Origin: Monocercomonoides exilis PA203
Lineage: Eukaryota; Protista; Preaxostyla
Assembly: GCA_001643675.2 (NCBI GenBank)
Contig: LSRY02000022.1
Span: forward strand, 992,001 to 1,056,000
DNA length: 64,000 nt
Direction: 5' to 3'
Below, one piece after another: positions 51,301 to 63,830 of the stretch; the first letter of the stretch is position 1; each line of letters starts with the position of its first letter. The notes under the pieces are model-generated. The model saw only the letters and a list, made by a program, of their open reading frames with translations, did not search any database and was not told where the DNA came from. A program made the translations under genes and the position numbers.

Positions 51301-52448
51301 ATTGTTTCATGTTGTGATCCATTCTTAAAAAGTGTCGCAAATCAGAAATAAATCAAATTCAGCATTTTCTTTTCTGAGTTTTAACTTTTCAAAAAGCGCT
51401 CTGAAGTTCAAAACAACAGAGCAACATGAAATTATTCTGTCAAAAAATTGCTGCAAATTGATTAAAAAAGAAACAAAACAGCATTATTGAATCTTTTTTT
51501 CTTACAATGATTTCCAGAGCTTTTCTTTGAATTTTTTATTTGTTTTATCTGTTTCGTTTTTTTCTCTCATTTCATATGTTCACTGCCTTCAAAAAATACA
51601 AAACATAGTTTTTCGTAACCGTGTCATATGTGAAATGAGGCATCATATTCAAGTGTTTCGGTTTTTATATTATCATCTCACCTTTTCAAAAAAAACATAT
51701 ATCTCTGTAAAATTCAGTAAAAAGATTGATTTTTTCTAACATAAGAAAAGAATTTATTTAAAAAAACAATAAACATTTCAATAAATAAAATAATGCACAA
51801 TGTTTGGAACGAATAACAAATAAAAAACAACGAAAAACAACAACACAATAAAATAAAAGATTGCAATCCCCAAGCTCTTCATCCTTCATATAATTTTAAA
51901 ATCAATCAACATTAATCACAAATAACTGCATATTCGACTTCGCTTCAGATTCGATTTTACTTTTTTTATGGAAAATTCGTTTATCAATGCTTCGCATAAA
52001 TATCTCAAATCGCTCAAAATAGAAATGCACCGTTAATAACATTAATTATTTCATCAAAAAGATAACCACAAAAATTATAAACCTTGCTATTTTACACAAA
52101 AATGTAATAAATCAATCAATCATTTATTTTCAGATGTTGTTTAATTCAAATCACAAAAAAAAGTAATAACACTAATTCATACTCAAATTATAATTATTTT
52201 CAAACAACAATTGCTCTTGTTGGGTGTTGTAATACTAAATAATTCATATATTAAAAATTGCCAAAAAAATAAATGTTATTATGGTATATTCAAGATTTTC
52301 TCAATTTCACTTATTTTTCAATAATTCCTTCACACTTCCTTTTCATTTCACTTATTAACACATATTTGAGCTTTTTATTGCTCATACCACAATTATGAAA
52401 AAAAAGATCTTTCTTCGAACAAAGTTACGATATGAAAAATAATGACCC
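48365..52448. mobile_element. Non-autonomous long-TIR element (GGG termini, 4-bp ATTT duplication; possibly Sola-like)
   Basis: The terminal ~65 bp are a near-perfect IR (gggtcattatttttcatatcgtaactttgttcgaagaaagatc...). Recognisable inverted similarity continues for ~500 bp (to ~48885/~51880). ATTT at 48361-48364 and 52449-52452. Confidence 0.88.
48950..51150 (+). pseudogene. Decayed E/K-rich coiled-coil gene carried inside the long-TIR element
   Basis: Purine-rich coding-like fragments (e.g. 50360-50821 'MNLLTSDEELLPFFTRTFKMEEKSY...') with many stops and frameshifts. No transposase motifs seen. Confidence 0.5.
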
Positions 52449-52468
52449 ATTTTTTCAATCCAACAATG

Positions 52469-55400
52469 TAGACCTGTGCGACAAGTGGCAAATTTTGCCA
52501 GTAACTGACACAGGTGACCGACAGGACAATCATTTGCTGATCACAACCATAAATATTATTTTCTCGTCTTTATTTTGTTAATAATTTTCGAATAGAAATA
52601 TTAATTATTATCAAAAAATTATTTCATATTTTAGACAGAATGTTTCATCAAACAACAAAATTTTTAAATTATGTTGTTACATGGCAGGATGCATTTTTTC
52701 TGAAAAAAAACAAGAAAGAAAGAAAAAGAGAAAAGAAAAGAAAAAAGAAATCCAAAGTGTTTTTTTTTATCAAATTTGAAATAATATATTTAAAATAATG
52801 ATTTAAAACATTTTTTGCAATTTTATTTTGAAAATTCAATTAATCAAAATTTCCAAAATATATTTTTCACTGACAAGATCAGTGAAATATTGAATTTTAT
52901 ATGCCACTGGATGTCACTTCTGTCACTGACAATACATTTTGTCAATGAAATAAACACGTTCAAAATAGAAACAGAATAACAAAATAACTTGTTGAACATC
53001 TGAAATGTTTGAGATTTCGTTTTTCCATCTTTTTTACAACCATAACTTTTCATTTGATATTTGATAATCCTTTATTTTCGTTGAAAGAACCAAACATGTG
53101 TCCAAAAAAGATCTGAAGAATGCACATTGATAGACAATTTCAATTAACGATTGTTTGAAGATTGATATGTTTGTTAATTTCATTGTTTCATTATTCTTTG
53201 TTTGTTTGAATCATTTTTCAATTTCCTTTACGTGATGTGATTTTTTCACTTATAAATGCATAACTAATTTTATTTTGAAAACATACCTAACAAAGTCTTT
53301 GAATAACAATTCCGGATCTATTACAAAATAAAGGATGAAATTTCATATAATTTTTTATGGAAGTGAAAAGCAATATCAATGCCTTTACGAGGAACATTTG
53401 TAAAAGCAATGAAAATAAAAGTGTATGCATGAACTTAGACCAAGGTATTGAATCAATTTACTCAAATGCCACAAGCTGGACATGCTTATCATATAGCCTG
53501 AACAGCAATTGCAAAATTTCAACCATTAAAGTGCGGGACATTCAATGAAATTACGATCATTCTTTATTCTCCAGGTGCATGTTGAGTTAATTTTTAACGA
53601 TCGCTGACAAATTGATATTTTTTACAAACCATTCATTCCACTGCTCAAAATTCTACACTCACGTTGTATGGTTCACCTCCTCTTCGATATTTTCATCTTA
53701 TTTTGGATCATCTTCGAAGCAATTTTTCTTTCTCGATACTTTTTTTCCTATTGCAATGTGTTTATACGAAGATTCTATCAAAATTGAGGGAGTTTTTTTT
53801 TGGAAAGAGTTACAATCGAAAAGATCAGAGAAAAACCAGCAGAATAGAAAGATTTTTTTAACAGAAAAATAAAGGGCAGCTGGAGATGATGAAAGAAAGA
53901 TGAAGAATGAAATGTGTTATTTTCCCGGAAGATTAAATCAATATATTTCTTTATGAAGTTTTCTGAAGAAGAAAAGAGAAGTGCGGAATAATCTTCCAAA
54001 CACTTTTTTTTTCAAATGAAATTAGGTTTCACTTCATTTTTTTTTGAGAAATTATTAAAAGTCAAATAAAATTTTTAGACTCTCAAGTGCTTGTTATCAA
54101 TTTTGCGAGTTGAATAAAAAGGATATAATTTTGAAGTTACAAATATTTTTGATTAAAATAAAGTGAAATATTCACAAAATATTCATTAATATCTCATGAT
54201 GAATTATCGTAATATTTTCCGCTTTGAAAATAAAGTATCCTTTGTTAGCTAATGATTAAGTTGTCGTATTTTTCTTCTTCCATTTTATTATCCGCCTTTT
54301 CGTTCAATTTCTTCACAACATTCGTGAATAATTGCAAGCAATCAAATAACATTCTATCTACCACTGTTTGTCGCTGCATCTCTTCCAAAACAACATTAAT
54401 AGCTCCCTCTTTTAATAAGCCATCTGTTTTCAAAGTTCTATTTCCTGCTGCTATTTCTAAATAAATATAAACATTTCTCCCCTATTTCTTTGCGATTGTC
54501 CTTCGAAGCTCGAAATACAAAAAAGAGCAATTGATAAACTTTGAATGTTTTTATTTCACAGTTTGCCTAAGAAAAAATATAACTCCAATACCAAGAGCCA
54601 TCTCATCAAAACAAGCTTTTATTTCATTTCATTTCCTCTTTCATCTTTTTTCTTTCACAGTCAACACACCTTTCCAACTCTTCCAGTTCTCTTATTGCTT
54701 CTCTTCCGAAATGCAGTTCATTTGCAATGACATCTTCCAAATTTTCATCAAAAACTGCCACTCTGTCTGATGTGTGAGTCATATAAGATTGTTGTTTTTT
54801 TGATTTATTGGATAATCTCTTTAAAATGATTCATGAAAAGCTCACTCCACGCTCCTAAAAAGAAAATTAGAAAGAAATTCCAAAGGATCAAACATGAAAT
54901 GGAAGTGTTCATACAAAAAATTCATCACACCAATTCAATAACAACAAAGCAGTTTGAACATCATTTTGAACTTCCTCTTTTCCCTCCTTCTTCAGAGCAA
55001 CATTCAGAAGACAAGGTATTCAAATTGAAAGCAATTAAGAAAATTTCCGGTTGCAAAGCAAAAGATTTCACACGCAAATATTAGAAAGAAGATTTTCGTT
55101 CTTCTCCTCTTTTTTCTGCGTCATCAATCATCTTCATATATTTACCAAACAATGAATATGCGCAAAGGCCTTCGTTCCAATAACCTTCCATCACATTGAA
55201 ATATCCAATATGCTGCAATTGTAAAAATGACATTTTCCAGTGGAGATTTCTTTCATTTAATCATTTTGTCAATTTAGTCAATGGTTCTTTTGAGAAAATT
55301 GAATTGCATTCATCCTTATTCATTTCTTTCTATCTTATGTTCATTTAATCTATTTTCTGTTTCCTTTCGTTTTCAGCGCAGCTTTCAAGCTCAAAAAACA

Positions 55401-55829
55401 ATTCCGAATAAAAAACAAAGTCAGAAAGGAAATAATTAAGAATTTGAATGTGACAACGAATGCATACCATTGAATTTTCAATTGGCATGTATCCTCAATT
55501 TTTCTGAAATATTTTTCATTCAGGAAACAACATTTCTTTATCATAAAAATTGAAATCGCACATGCTAAGATTTATTGAATTGAAGTTAAATCGAAACTTA
55601 AATTGTTCATGACAACAACAATGTTGACACTATTCATCTTTGAATAAATATGACATGTAACGTATATTATTAGAAAACTATATTTTATAAATAAATTTAT
55701 GTTATAATGGATCGAATGATCTTGTTAAAGAAATATTTTTTTAAATTGAAAACAAACTTGAAACCATAAATATATTCGATTTTACAGTTTTTTTATCAAA
55801 AAATTTGACCTTTTTTTTTTTTTTTCTTT

Positions 55830-55860
<31 letters not shown>

Positions 55861-55906
55861 GTGACCGACAGCAATAAAAAATGGCATGTCGTGTCGCACA
55901 GGTCTA
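52469..55906. mobile_element. Non-autonomous hAT-type element with 8-bp TSD
   Basis: Perfect 15-bp TIR tagacctgtgcgaca / tgtcgcacaggtcta. Perfect TSD CAACAATG at 52461-52468 and 55907-55914. Subterminal gtgaccgacag motifs at both ends. Confidence 0.93.
54170..55480 (-). pseudogene. Decayed 'NEIKEII' family copy inside the hAT element
   Basis: 'LLKEGAINVVLEEMQRQT...CLQLFTNV..KLNEK' and other segments align with copies A, B and D. Many stops and indels. Confidence 0.8.
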
Positions 55907-56463
55907 CAACAATGTTTCATAAATTATTCAACTTTGAAGAACCGCATTTATGTGGTTTGTTCTTCATGTTTGATTTTGATTTTGATATCAAAAAATAATA
56001 TTTTGTTCTTTTCATTGACAATAGCTCGACAATTCATAGTGTATTTTTTTGTCAAGTTTTTCAATGAAAAATGTTTGTTTTTATTGTTGCAGGTTTTTGG
56101 ATCACTTATTTTCTTTGTCGAAAAATTTAGTTCATTGACTATTATGCGATTTATTTTTAAATCTGAAAATGAAATATATTGTTTTTCTCTTTTGTTTTTC
56201 TTTTTTCAAAAATGTTTTTATTTCTTTTTTTTCTGAAAATTATTGTTTCTTTTCATTGAAAATGCTTATCCTTGCTTTTTAAGAAAAAAAAGAGTTATCC
56301 TGATTCTTTATCAAGAATTATTGAAACTTGTTGTTGGAAACAACGCAATTAACAAAATGTTTGGCAATCAAATTGCATAGTGATTTCCTGAAAGATTATT
56401 GTTTGATATGAAGAGATTGAAAAGGTTTGTTATGTTTTTCAACTTTTCACGATAGTTTATTTC

Positions 56464-59086
56464 TCACAAATCATTTTTCTTTGGATTATTTTCACTTTCA
56501 TCAGAATCCGTAAAAAGAACATATTGCTCGGATAATCTTTTGGGCAAACCTTTCACTGATCTCATGGAATATTTTTTGTGCAATTTTTTTCCATCCGAAT
56601 CTTCTTCTTCGTTGCTTGATGAAAGATCTTCTTCTATATATTCACTGCTGTCAAGATCTCTTTTTTCCTTTTCTTTCGATTTGTTTAATCTGTCGGAATG
56701 ATGATCAGTTTCTGAAGATTCTTCTTCAGAATAATAAGAAGTACTTGACAAATCAGAAACTTGTTTTCGACCATCTGCTTCATCCAAATGATCTGACCGG
56801 CACAAAATAAATCTTTTCTGTTTGTTTTTTCTTCTGAAAACATGAACGACCAAAATATTTTCTTCCCCTTCTTGTGAATCAGTTGGATCTGATTCGAAGT
56901 CTGTTGAACATGAGTTATCGTTAGGCTCAGTATCGTCGCTAGTGTTTTCATTAGAAGTGAGGTTTGAAAGCTTATATTCTGTAGAAGTTATTTTTGAAGA
57001 TGAAGGTCTTTCCTTAATATTTTGAATCGTTTTTTGATTAATATATGTTGTGTGAACATTCTCAACTCTTTCATCATCACAAATAGACTTTTTCTCTTCA
57101 AAAGCTTGCCATTCCTTCAGAACTGCTGTTGATGTAATTAGTTTCCCAGAGATAGACCATCGGTTCGTCTGTCTTGCAGGTTTTATGCCGAAAGGAAAGT
57201 TATCCAAAGTGCGCCTCAGAACGTGAGATATTCGAGAAGACATTATTCCAGCTTCATTGAACCCATGCCGTATTACTCTTGGGGCCATCGCATAATAAGA
57301 GCAATCTGCGATGGCTTGGACAAAAGGAAAAAATTCTGTTTTCATTTTGCTCACACTTGGTTCATTTCGAACATTTTTCAATTGCTTTTTGAGTGCAGCA
57401 TTAGGTCCGAGATCAAGTGGCTGAAGGATGTGGGATGTGTGTGCTGGAAGCACAACGACATCCACGTTTTCTTCAGATAATTTTTGCCACAGCTAGATAT
57501 TTTGTCTTGAAGAATGGCCGTCAAGAATAATTAAAGCAGAAGGAAATGAATGGATTGTTTTTTCTTCAGATATTTTTTCATATTTAGTCATTTCTTTTTT
57601 CGATAAGTTTGCTTTCGGAAGATGAGCGTCATTCTTTATCCACCAATCTCTATTATCATCTTCTTCAAATAGAAATATTCCTTCATCAGAACAATCAGAA
57701 TGAGTTTCATCACAAAAGTTTGAAATTACACCAACATCAACTTTAGGAAATCCATCTGATGGAATTTGAAAACTCTTTTTGATTCAAATAGAATTTTCAC
57801 ACTCTGAAAATTCTTTTGAAGTGTCATATGCGGATTGTTGCAGTTGCTGCAACGCTTGAATTCGATCTCCTTCCGAATACATTGTATTTGAAAGTTCCAG
57901 TTTGTCAGAACAAACGGATTCCTTGTGACTTTTTTCATTATCACACTGATCTTTGGATTTTGAGGATTTTGTCGGTGAATCTGAGTTATCTGTTGGAAAT
58001 AGTTCTGATCCAGCTGTTGAATGCAACACTAGAGATTCATGATCGTCATCATCTTGTATATTTTGTTGTGTTGTTTTTTCACTAGAATCATTCTTTTTCA
58101 TTTTCTGATCGCATTTTTCTAACCTTCTTTCTTTCGTTTTCAATTCACAAGATTTTTTTTGGAATATTTCATATTGATATTGTTGAATTCTTTCAACAAC
58201 TTTTCTTTGCTTTTGAATGAAAGGAAGTACATGTTCTAACATTATTTTTTCAAATAGCTCTTTTGTCATCCATCCTTTTTGAGTTGAATGCAAAACGAAC
58301 GAATCGTCATTCCATTGTTCGTTGATTTCTTTTTCATATTTTGAACTGAAAAGAAGATGAGTGGGGAGATGATATCCATCAGCTCTCACAATGAATAAAA
58401 GAGTTAAATGACGAAGAGGAGGCGTTTCTAAACATGGCAAGTATTTGCATTTTTCATTAGCAATTCTTTTCCTATGATGACGACAATTGGACTGACAACT
58501 TGTTTCGTCCAATTGTAATATTAACGAAGGATGGTATTTTTTCTTCAGCATCAAAGTTCGCAAATGAGAAAGAAAAGACTGTATGTTTTCTTTTAACGAT
58601 GCTCTCAAGCGTGCATGATCAAGTCGAACTGGATTTATCATTCGCAATTGTTTTTGCCTTGATAAAAAATCGTAAACCCATCTAAGACTCGGTGTTTCGA
58701 TATATTCAGAAGAGGCCGGAGATCTTTCAATTCGAATTTGTCTTGCCTTGATTGGGAAAAAAAGTTAAAAATTTCAAAATAAAAAAATCATACTAAAAAA
58801 GGAATGTCATTTATTGATGGCTGCTTTAAACATTGTGCCAATTCAATATAATTTGAACAAGCTTCTCTTCTTCTTCCTTTGTCAAATATCGTGGTCTTCC
58901 ATTAATACCAGATATCTCACCGCGAGATTCCATTCGATTTGCTCTGTTTCTTCGAAAATATTCTTTTCTGGAATTATTCATATTTTCTGTCTTCACTTTT
59001 TGCATTTTAAAAATATGAATATTTTCTTTTGACTGATTTCTGCTAATTTTTGGCTTTTTGAGAATATAATATGGAATTTCTCCCAT
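56464..59086 (-). pseudogene. pogo-like transposase pseudogene, intron 58793-58747, long internal insertion and acidic tail
   Basis: GRPRYLT, ILQLDET, STQKGWMTKELF, ALIILDGHSSR, LPAHTSHILQPLDLG. Frameshifts and stops. Confidence 0.88.
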
Positions 59087-59289
59087 TATAGCAAATGCAT
59101 TTTCATACTTATTAAAAATTCGTTCATAATTTCATGTGTTTATTAAAAAAGACTTAAATTTGACACTAAAAATTTTTTGATGTTTCCAAAAATCCAAAGA
59201 GTGCGGGTTTTTGCAAATGTTCGGGTTTTCGCACACATCATTATTTTTTCTTTGAAATCCTTCCTCTTTTGTCTTCATTCTTTTTGATA

Positions 59290-59830
59290 ACAAACTGAAT
59301 ATGTTTTCACCTCTTGCACCAAACTAAAAATTATGAAAATCATGGCATTTACGCATATTCCTTTGTTTCCAACTTTTTATGCAATTATCAGTTCAATTCT
59401 CATCGTATTGCTCTCTCAAGCGGATATTGACCATTTCAACAATAAGTCATATTCCTGCACTTTGGAGAGGTTATGAATAGAAATATCTTCACAACCAATA
59501 GAACAATATAAAATGCATTCATGTAGATATTTTCATTCAAAAATAAAATTGTTGAATTTCGTCAACAATCCAATTTCAAAAATAATTTCGCAAAATTAAA
59601 AAAATCAATTCATCTTTATCTTTGTTTGATTTCACCATTGGATATATTATTAATGATTCAACAGGACAGATTCGCTCGTTGGTTTCTGATTTTTCTTTCA
59701 GAAAAACTGATCCTAATAATATTTTCAGATCATTGAATCCATAACAACAAACAGAAAAACAAAGCGTTCTTTTTCTTTGGAATTGCAAATAGAGAATGTT
59801 CACGCAAGATAGAATAGTTTGAACGCCCAT
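59290..59830 (-). repeat. Decayed gene fragment, duplicated at ~63305-63830
   Basis: Shared blocks tgttttcacctcttg, tcatcgtattgctc, ccatttcaacaataa.tca.attcctgcactttggaga and gatcattgaatccataacaacaaac in the same order. Confidence 0.75.
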
Positions 59831-59910
59831 GTTTCTTTCATCTTTAGTGAGTTTTTATTTTTCATTTACTCTTCTATCCAATCATTTGAACTTTCATTGT
59901 GAATATCAAA

Positions 59911-61362
59911 ATGGCGTGCTTTCTTCATTCAATTTTTTTAAAAAAAACATCTGTATATAGGAGACAGACAATACAAAAATGTTCATAGGCTTGTAATTAT
60001 TATTTTGCAGAATTCTATTTGATTGGATTTCTTTCTTTCTTTCCTTTTTATTGAAGAATTGTTTTCCAAGCTTAGACTCTGTAATGAGGAAGAGCAGAAA
60101 CAAAAAATTCTTGAAATGAGGGGAGTTATGGATTATATGAACGAAAATGAATTCACGTCCGTTTTTTCGATTGGAATATTGAACAGAATGAAGATGTTTA
60201 TTGAGGATAGGAAACTATCGATAGAAAATACAATTTTGCTGTTGAAGCATATTGGATATTGCAAAGAGTTGAAAGACATATTGAATGGAGAATTTTTTCA
60301 TTCTAAATTGAAATATTTTATTCGAAATATGATTATTGACGAAAATGAGAAAAAAGAAGAGAAGAATGAAAAGCTTTTGGTTGATCTTTGTGAATGCTAT
60401 CTTTTATTGGACCCTGGGGTATCACTGGAATTGCTTTCAACTTGTGTGCCTATCCTTCTGAAATGGGCATTGAACAAAATGGAAAACAAAGAATCACGAA
60501 AAGATGTGGAGATGGCTTTATTGGCATTGAGCAGTTATCAATATTGTGTATGAACATAGCTATTTCATTTTTGATTTCTTTGAATTGTTTCTCTCTTTTT
60601 TTTTATTAGCACATAGAGCAAGAACTGAATTTGAATGAAATCAAAGAGATTATCAAATATCATCAAGAGCACCGCAATCTGACTCATCTTGCCTATCAAT
60701 CAATTTGGAGATATTTGATAGACAGATTGGAGAAAGATAAAAGCTTAGAAAGAGTATTTGTGAATGAACTGCATTTTGTGAGAGAAGCAGCAAGCGAATT
60801 GGAAGATCTAATAAAATGTGTTGATTGGAAGAAGAAAAAAGAAATGAGCGAAAAAGAAGCGAGAGAAGTGCATATTATCAGAAGATGGATCCGAACATTG
60901 CGTCATTTCTTTGAATACTTTCGGTTGTGGAATGAAGAACTTGCAGGACTTATCAGCAGCATTGCACAGTTGTTTCGAGCAGCAAGAGAAAACAAAAGAG
61001 AAATTAGCTGGCAATGCATTAATTTATTGAAAGCTGCGGAAAAAAGAAGAGACACGAAAATCAATTTCTTTTTGAAAGGAGGAGCTGTCGATGCGTTTTT
61101 GGAGGAGATTCAGCAATCAACGATAGATAAAAGAATGGAATGTGAAATTTTGAATTTTTTTTCAAGGATTTCAAGGAAATTGGAAAAAAAGATTAAAGAT
61201 GAACAGGAAAATGAGAAAAGAAAGGCAACGAAAAGGAAGGTTTTTGAAAAGCTGGAAGAAGAAGGATACGAAGATACCGTCGTCAGTTTTCATGGAACCT
61301 TTGATTTTCTTCAAGAGGAAAATTTTTTTCAATTATGGTTGGAAATTTCTGATTCTTTGTGA
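59911..61362 (+). CDS. 'NEIKEII' family protein, copy D (possibly an incipient pseudogene)
   Basis: Same exon structure as copy B. The first two donors read GC rather than GT. A short deletion alters the last codons (DSL* vs DYFVNI*). Confidence 0.7.
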
Positions 61363-63304
61363 ATGTTTGAGAAAATGTTTTGAATTTGTAACTCAAATTT
61401 TTTAATTGAGTTTTATCTTATCAATTCACAAAAAAGAAAACAAGAGAGTTATTATGCTGAAAAGACTATTTTTCCATAACTTCAAAATGAAACAAAAAAA
61501 AATAAAAAATAAAAAATAAATAAAAATAAAAATAAAAAAAAACACAAAACGAAGACGGACAAAATCATTTTTTGAAGGTTAAACTTATTATGTATCGACT
61601 GTAACTCAACAGGAAGTCCTTACAAAATCCTTCAAACATTTGTGAGAGGAAGAAAGGGAGTTGATATGAAAAGGTTCTTTCTCTTTCTCTTTCTCTTCTT
61701 CGTCTTTTTCTTCTTTCATTATTAGTTATCCAATGATTGATGTATCCGCATTTGTTTTGTTCTGTATTTTCCCAATCGATCGAAGACAACGAGCAATCAA
61801 CGATTGATCGTCTTTCCAATCGGAATGTGCATGTTGTGTTTGAGTTACAAATAAAATAGCCATTTAATACAAGTGCTCTCTTTCATAAAGAGTCTTGTGG
61901 TGAAAGCAGCTCTTCAGTCAACAATATTTACAATCACCTTCATCTTCATCATTCACCTCGTCCGCAGCCACTCGCGACTCTTCTTCTTTGCAACTCATTT
62001 TGATTAAAAAATAAAAAGGATAAGAATCGGCTGCATAAGGACAGTTTTGAAACCCTCAAATTGAAATAGCTTTTTCCTGAAACATCAGTTGAGGCTCATC
62101 ATGCAAATTAACAGTTGCAACGAACAACGTCAAAAGACAACTGTGAATCGTTGTGTCTAATGCACCAATTCGTCTTTGACTCTTCTTATTTTCATGTTGC
62201 AAGCTTCACACAAAATCTTTGCTGAAGCAAAGAAGACTTACATGGCTGGGACGAGCTGCCTGTTGATACAAATTCAAACTGGTTGTGGCAGTTCAGTTAT
62301 TGTTCTCAATTAACTTTGCTTTCATATCGATGGAAAAAATAAAATTAAAGATTTGTCAAAACGATACGGAACATGCTGAAATATGATATAATCGCAATGC
62401 CATCGTTACACAATTAGTGTTATCATTTTTAGATAACTTCGGATATTGCACGTAATTATGTTGGGCTGTTCTCATTTCGATTCAGGAAATGATGAAGTTT
62501 GATGTCGAAGTGATCAAAATAGTGCTTTTCCTGAGAATACCAAAGGGCATTGTGAAGAAAGCAACGAATGAGATGTGGATGAGGATAGATGATGTAAATT
62601 ATATCTCAGGCAATGATTGAACCGGCTGTGTTGGAGGTGAGAGTAGTTGATGAAGATTATGATGATTACGAAGATGAAGAAGAAGAAAGATAAGGAGAAA
62701 AAGGGGAAGAAGAAGAATAAGGAGGAGGAGGAGAAGGAGGAGAAGGAGAAGGAGAAGGAGAAGAAAATGAATAGGAAGTTGGTGACGATGATGAAGCAAT
62801 AGAAGAACATCGTTATCACTCCAGGATTTTTGACGCCTTGAAATATCAAAGCATCAAGCTTTCTATCCGATCCTCAAGTAAATGCGATGAAAGGAACAAG
62901 ATAACAAAATTAAGCTTGTTGTATTTGTTTTGTGATTCTTCGCATTGCCGTGTGCAAAGACAGAAGCTGCTGGTCATCGTCCTCGCTTCAGAAGCTCAAT
63001 GACAAGCAAAACTGCACTTCGCTTGTGAAAAAATGCTAAAAATAACAATAAACTTTTTCCCCTTCCAAAAGTCGAAAAAGTTACATCACCCAAGTTGATG
63101 CTGCTGACCTCCTGTCTTGTTTCTTTGGAAATATTTTTTGGCCTTTATTTTTCCGAAATTAATGTCCAGCTTTCCATTTGGCCAGCCACCTTCCTTTCTC
63201 AAAAAGCTTCTCCATCGCCTTATATTCCAAACTCTATATCATTTTTTGAAGATTTTATTTTTCACAGAATTCCTTCTGGTTATCTTCATTCAATAAAATA
63301 ACAG

Positions 63305-63830
63305 TCGAATTTGTTTTCACCTCTTGTTCAAATAAAAATCATGCATCTGGTGTAACTTCATTTATTTCCCAATGACTATATAATAATCAGCTCTGTTTTC
63401 ATCGTATTGCTCCACAAAGCGGAGATTGGCCATTTCAACAATAACTCACATTCCTGCACTTTGGAGAAGATACAGATGGAAATATCTTTACAATATATAG
63501 AACAATACAAAATACATACATTACATCTTTTTGTGTAATTGATGAAATTGTTATATTCACCTTGGACATCCAATTAACAAAAATCATCAGACAGAATTTC
63601 AAAAATTTTGCATCACCATCATTGCCAGCTTTCATATCAGGAAATTATGTTTGTAATTGTGCAGGATAAATTCATTCAACGACACTCATTTTGCTGATTG
63701 ATATTCCAGTTCAAACATAACCATTTGATCATTGAATCCATAACAACAAACTTAATTAATTTGAACATTTTTTTTCTTAACAATCACTTTTCAAAAGTGC
63801 CAAGACGATAAAGAATGGTGTGAAAACGAA
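63305..63830 (-). repeat. Second copy of the decayed gene fragment at 59290-59830
   Basis: Same conserved blocks as listed for 59290-59830. Confidence 0.75.

Larger units (their letters stand above)
47737..59241 (-). mobile_element. pogo/DDE_1 transposon copy 3, expanded to ~11.5 kb by two nested insertions
   Basis: gaaaacccgaacatttgcagaaacccgcac (~47747-47776) is the reverse complement of gtgcgggtttttgcaaatgttcgggttttc (~59200-59230), one mismatch. Transposase at 56464-59086. About 4 kb remains once the nested elements are removed. Confidence 0.8.

Noticed and set aside
48323-52468. ttttcaatc(a/c)aacaatg-like sequence at 48323 and 52452 as a longer TSD
   Set aside because: Imperfect and not adjacent to the left TIR. 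The immediate ATTT duplication is the simpler reading.
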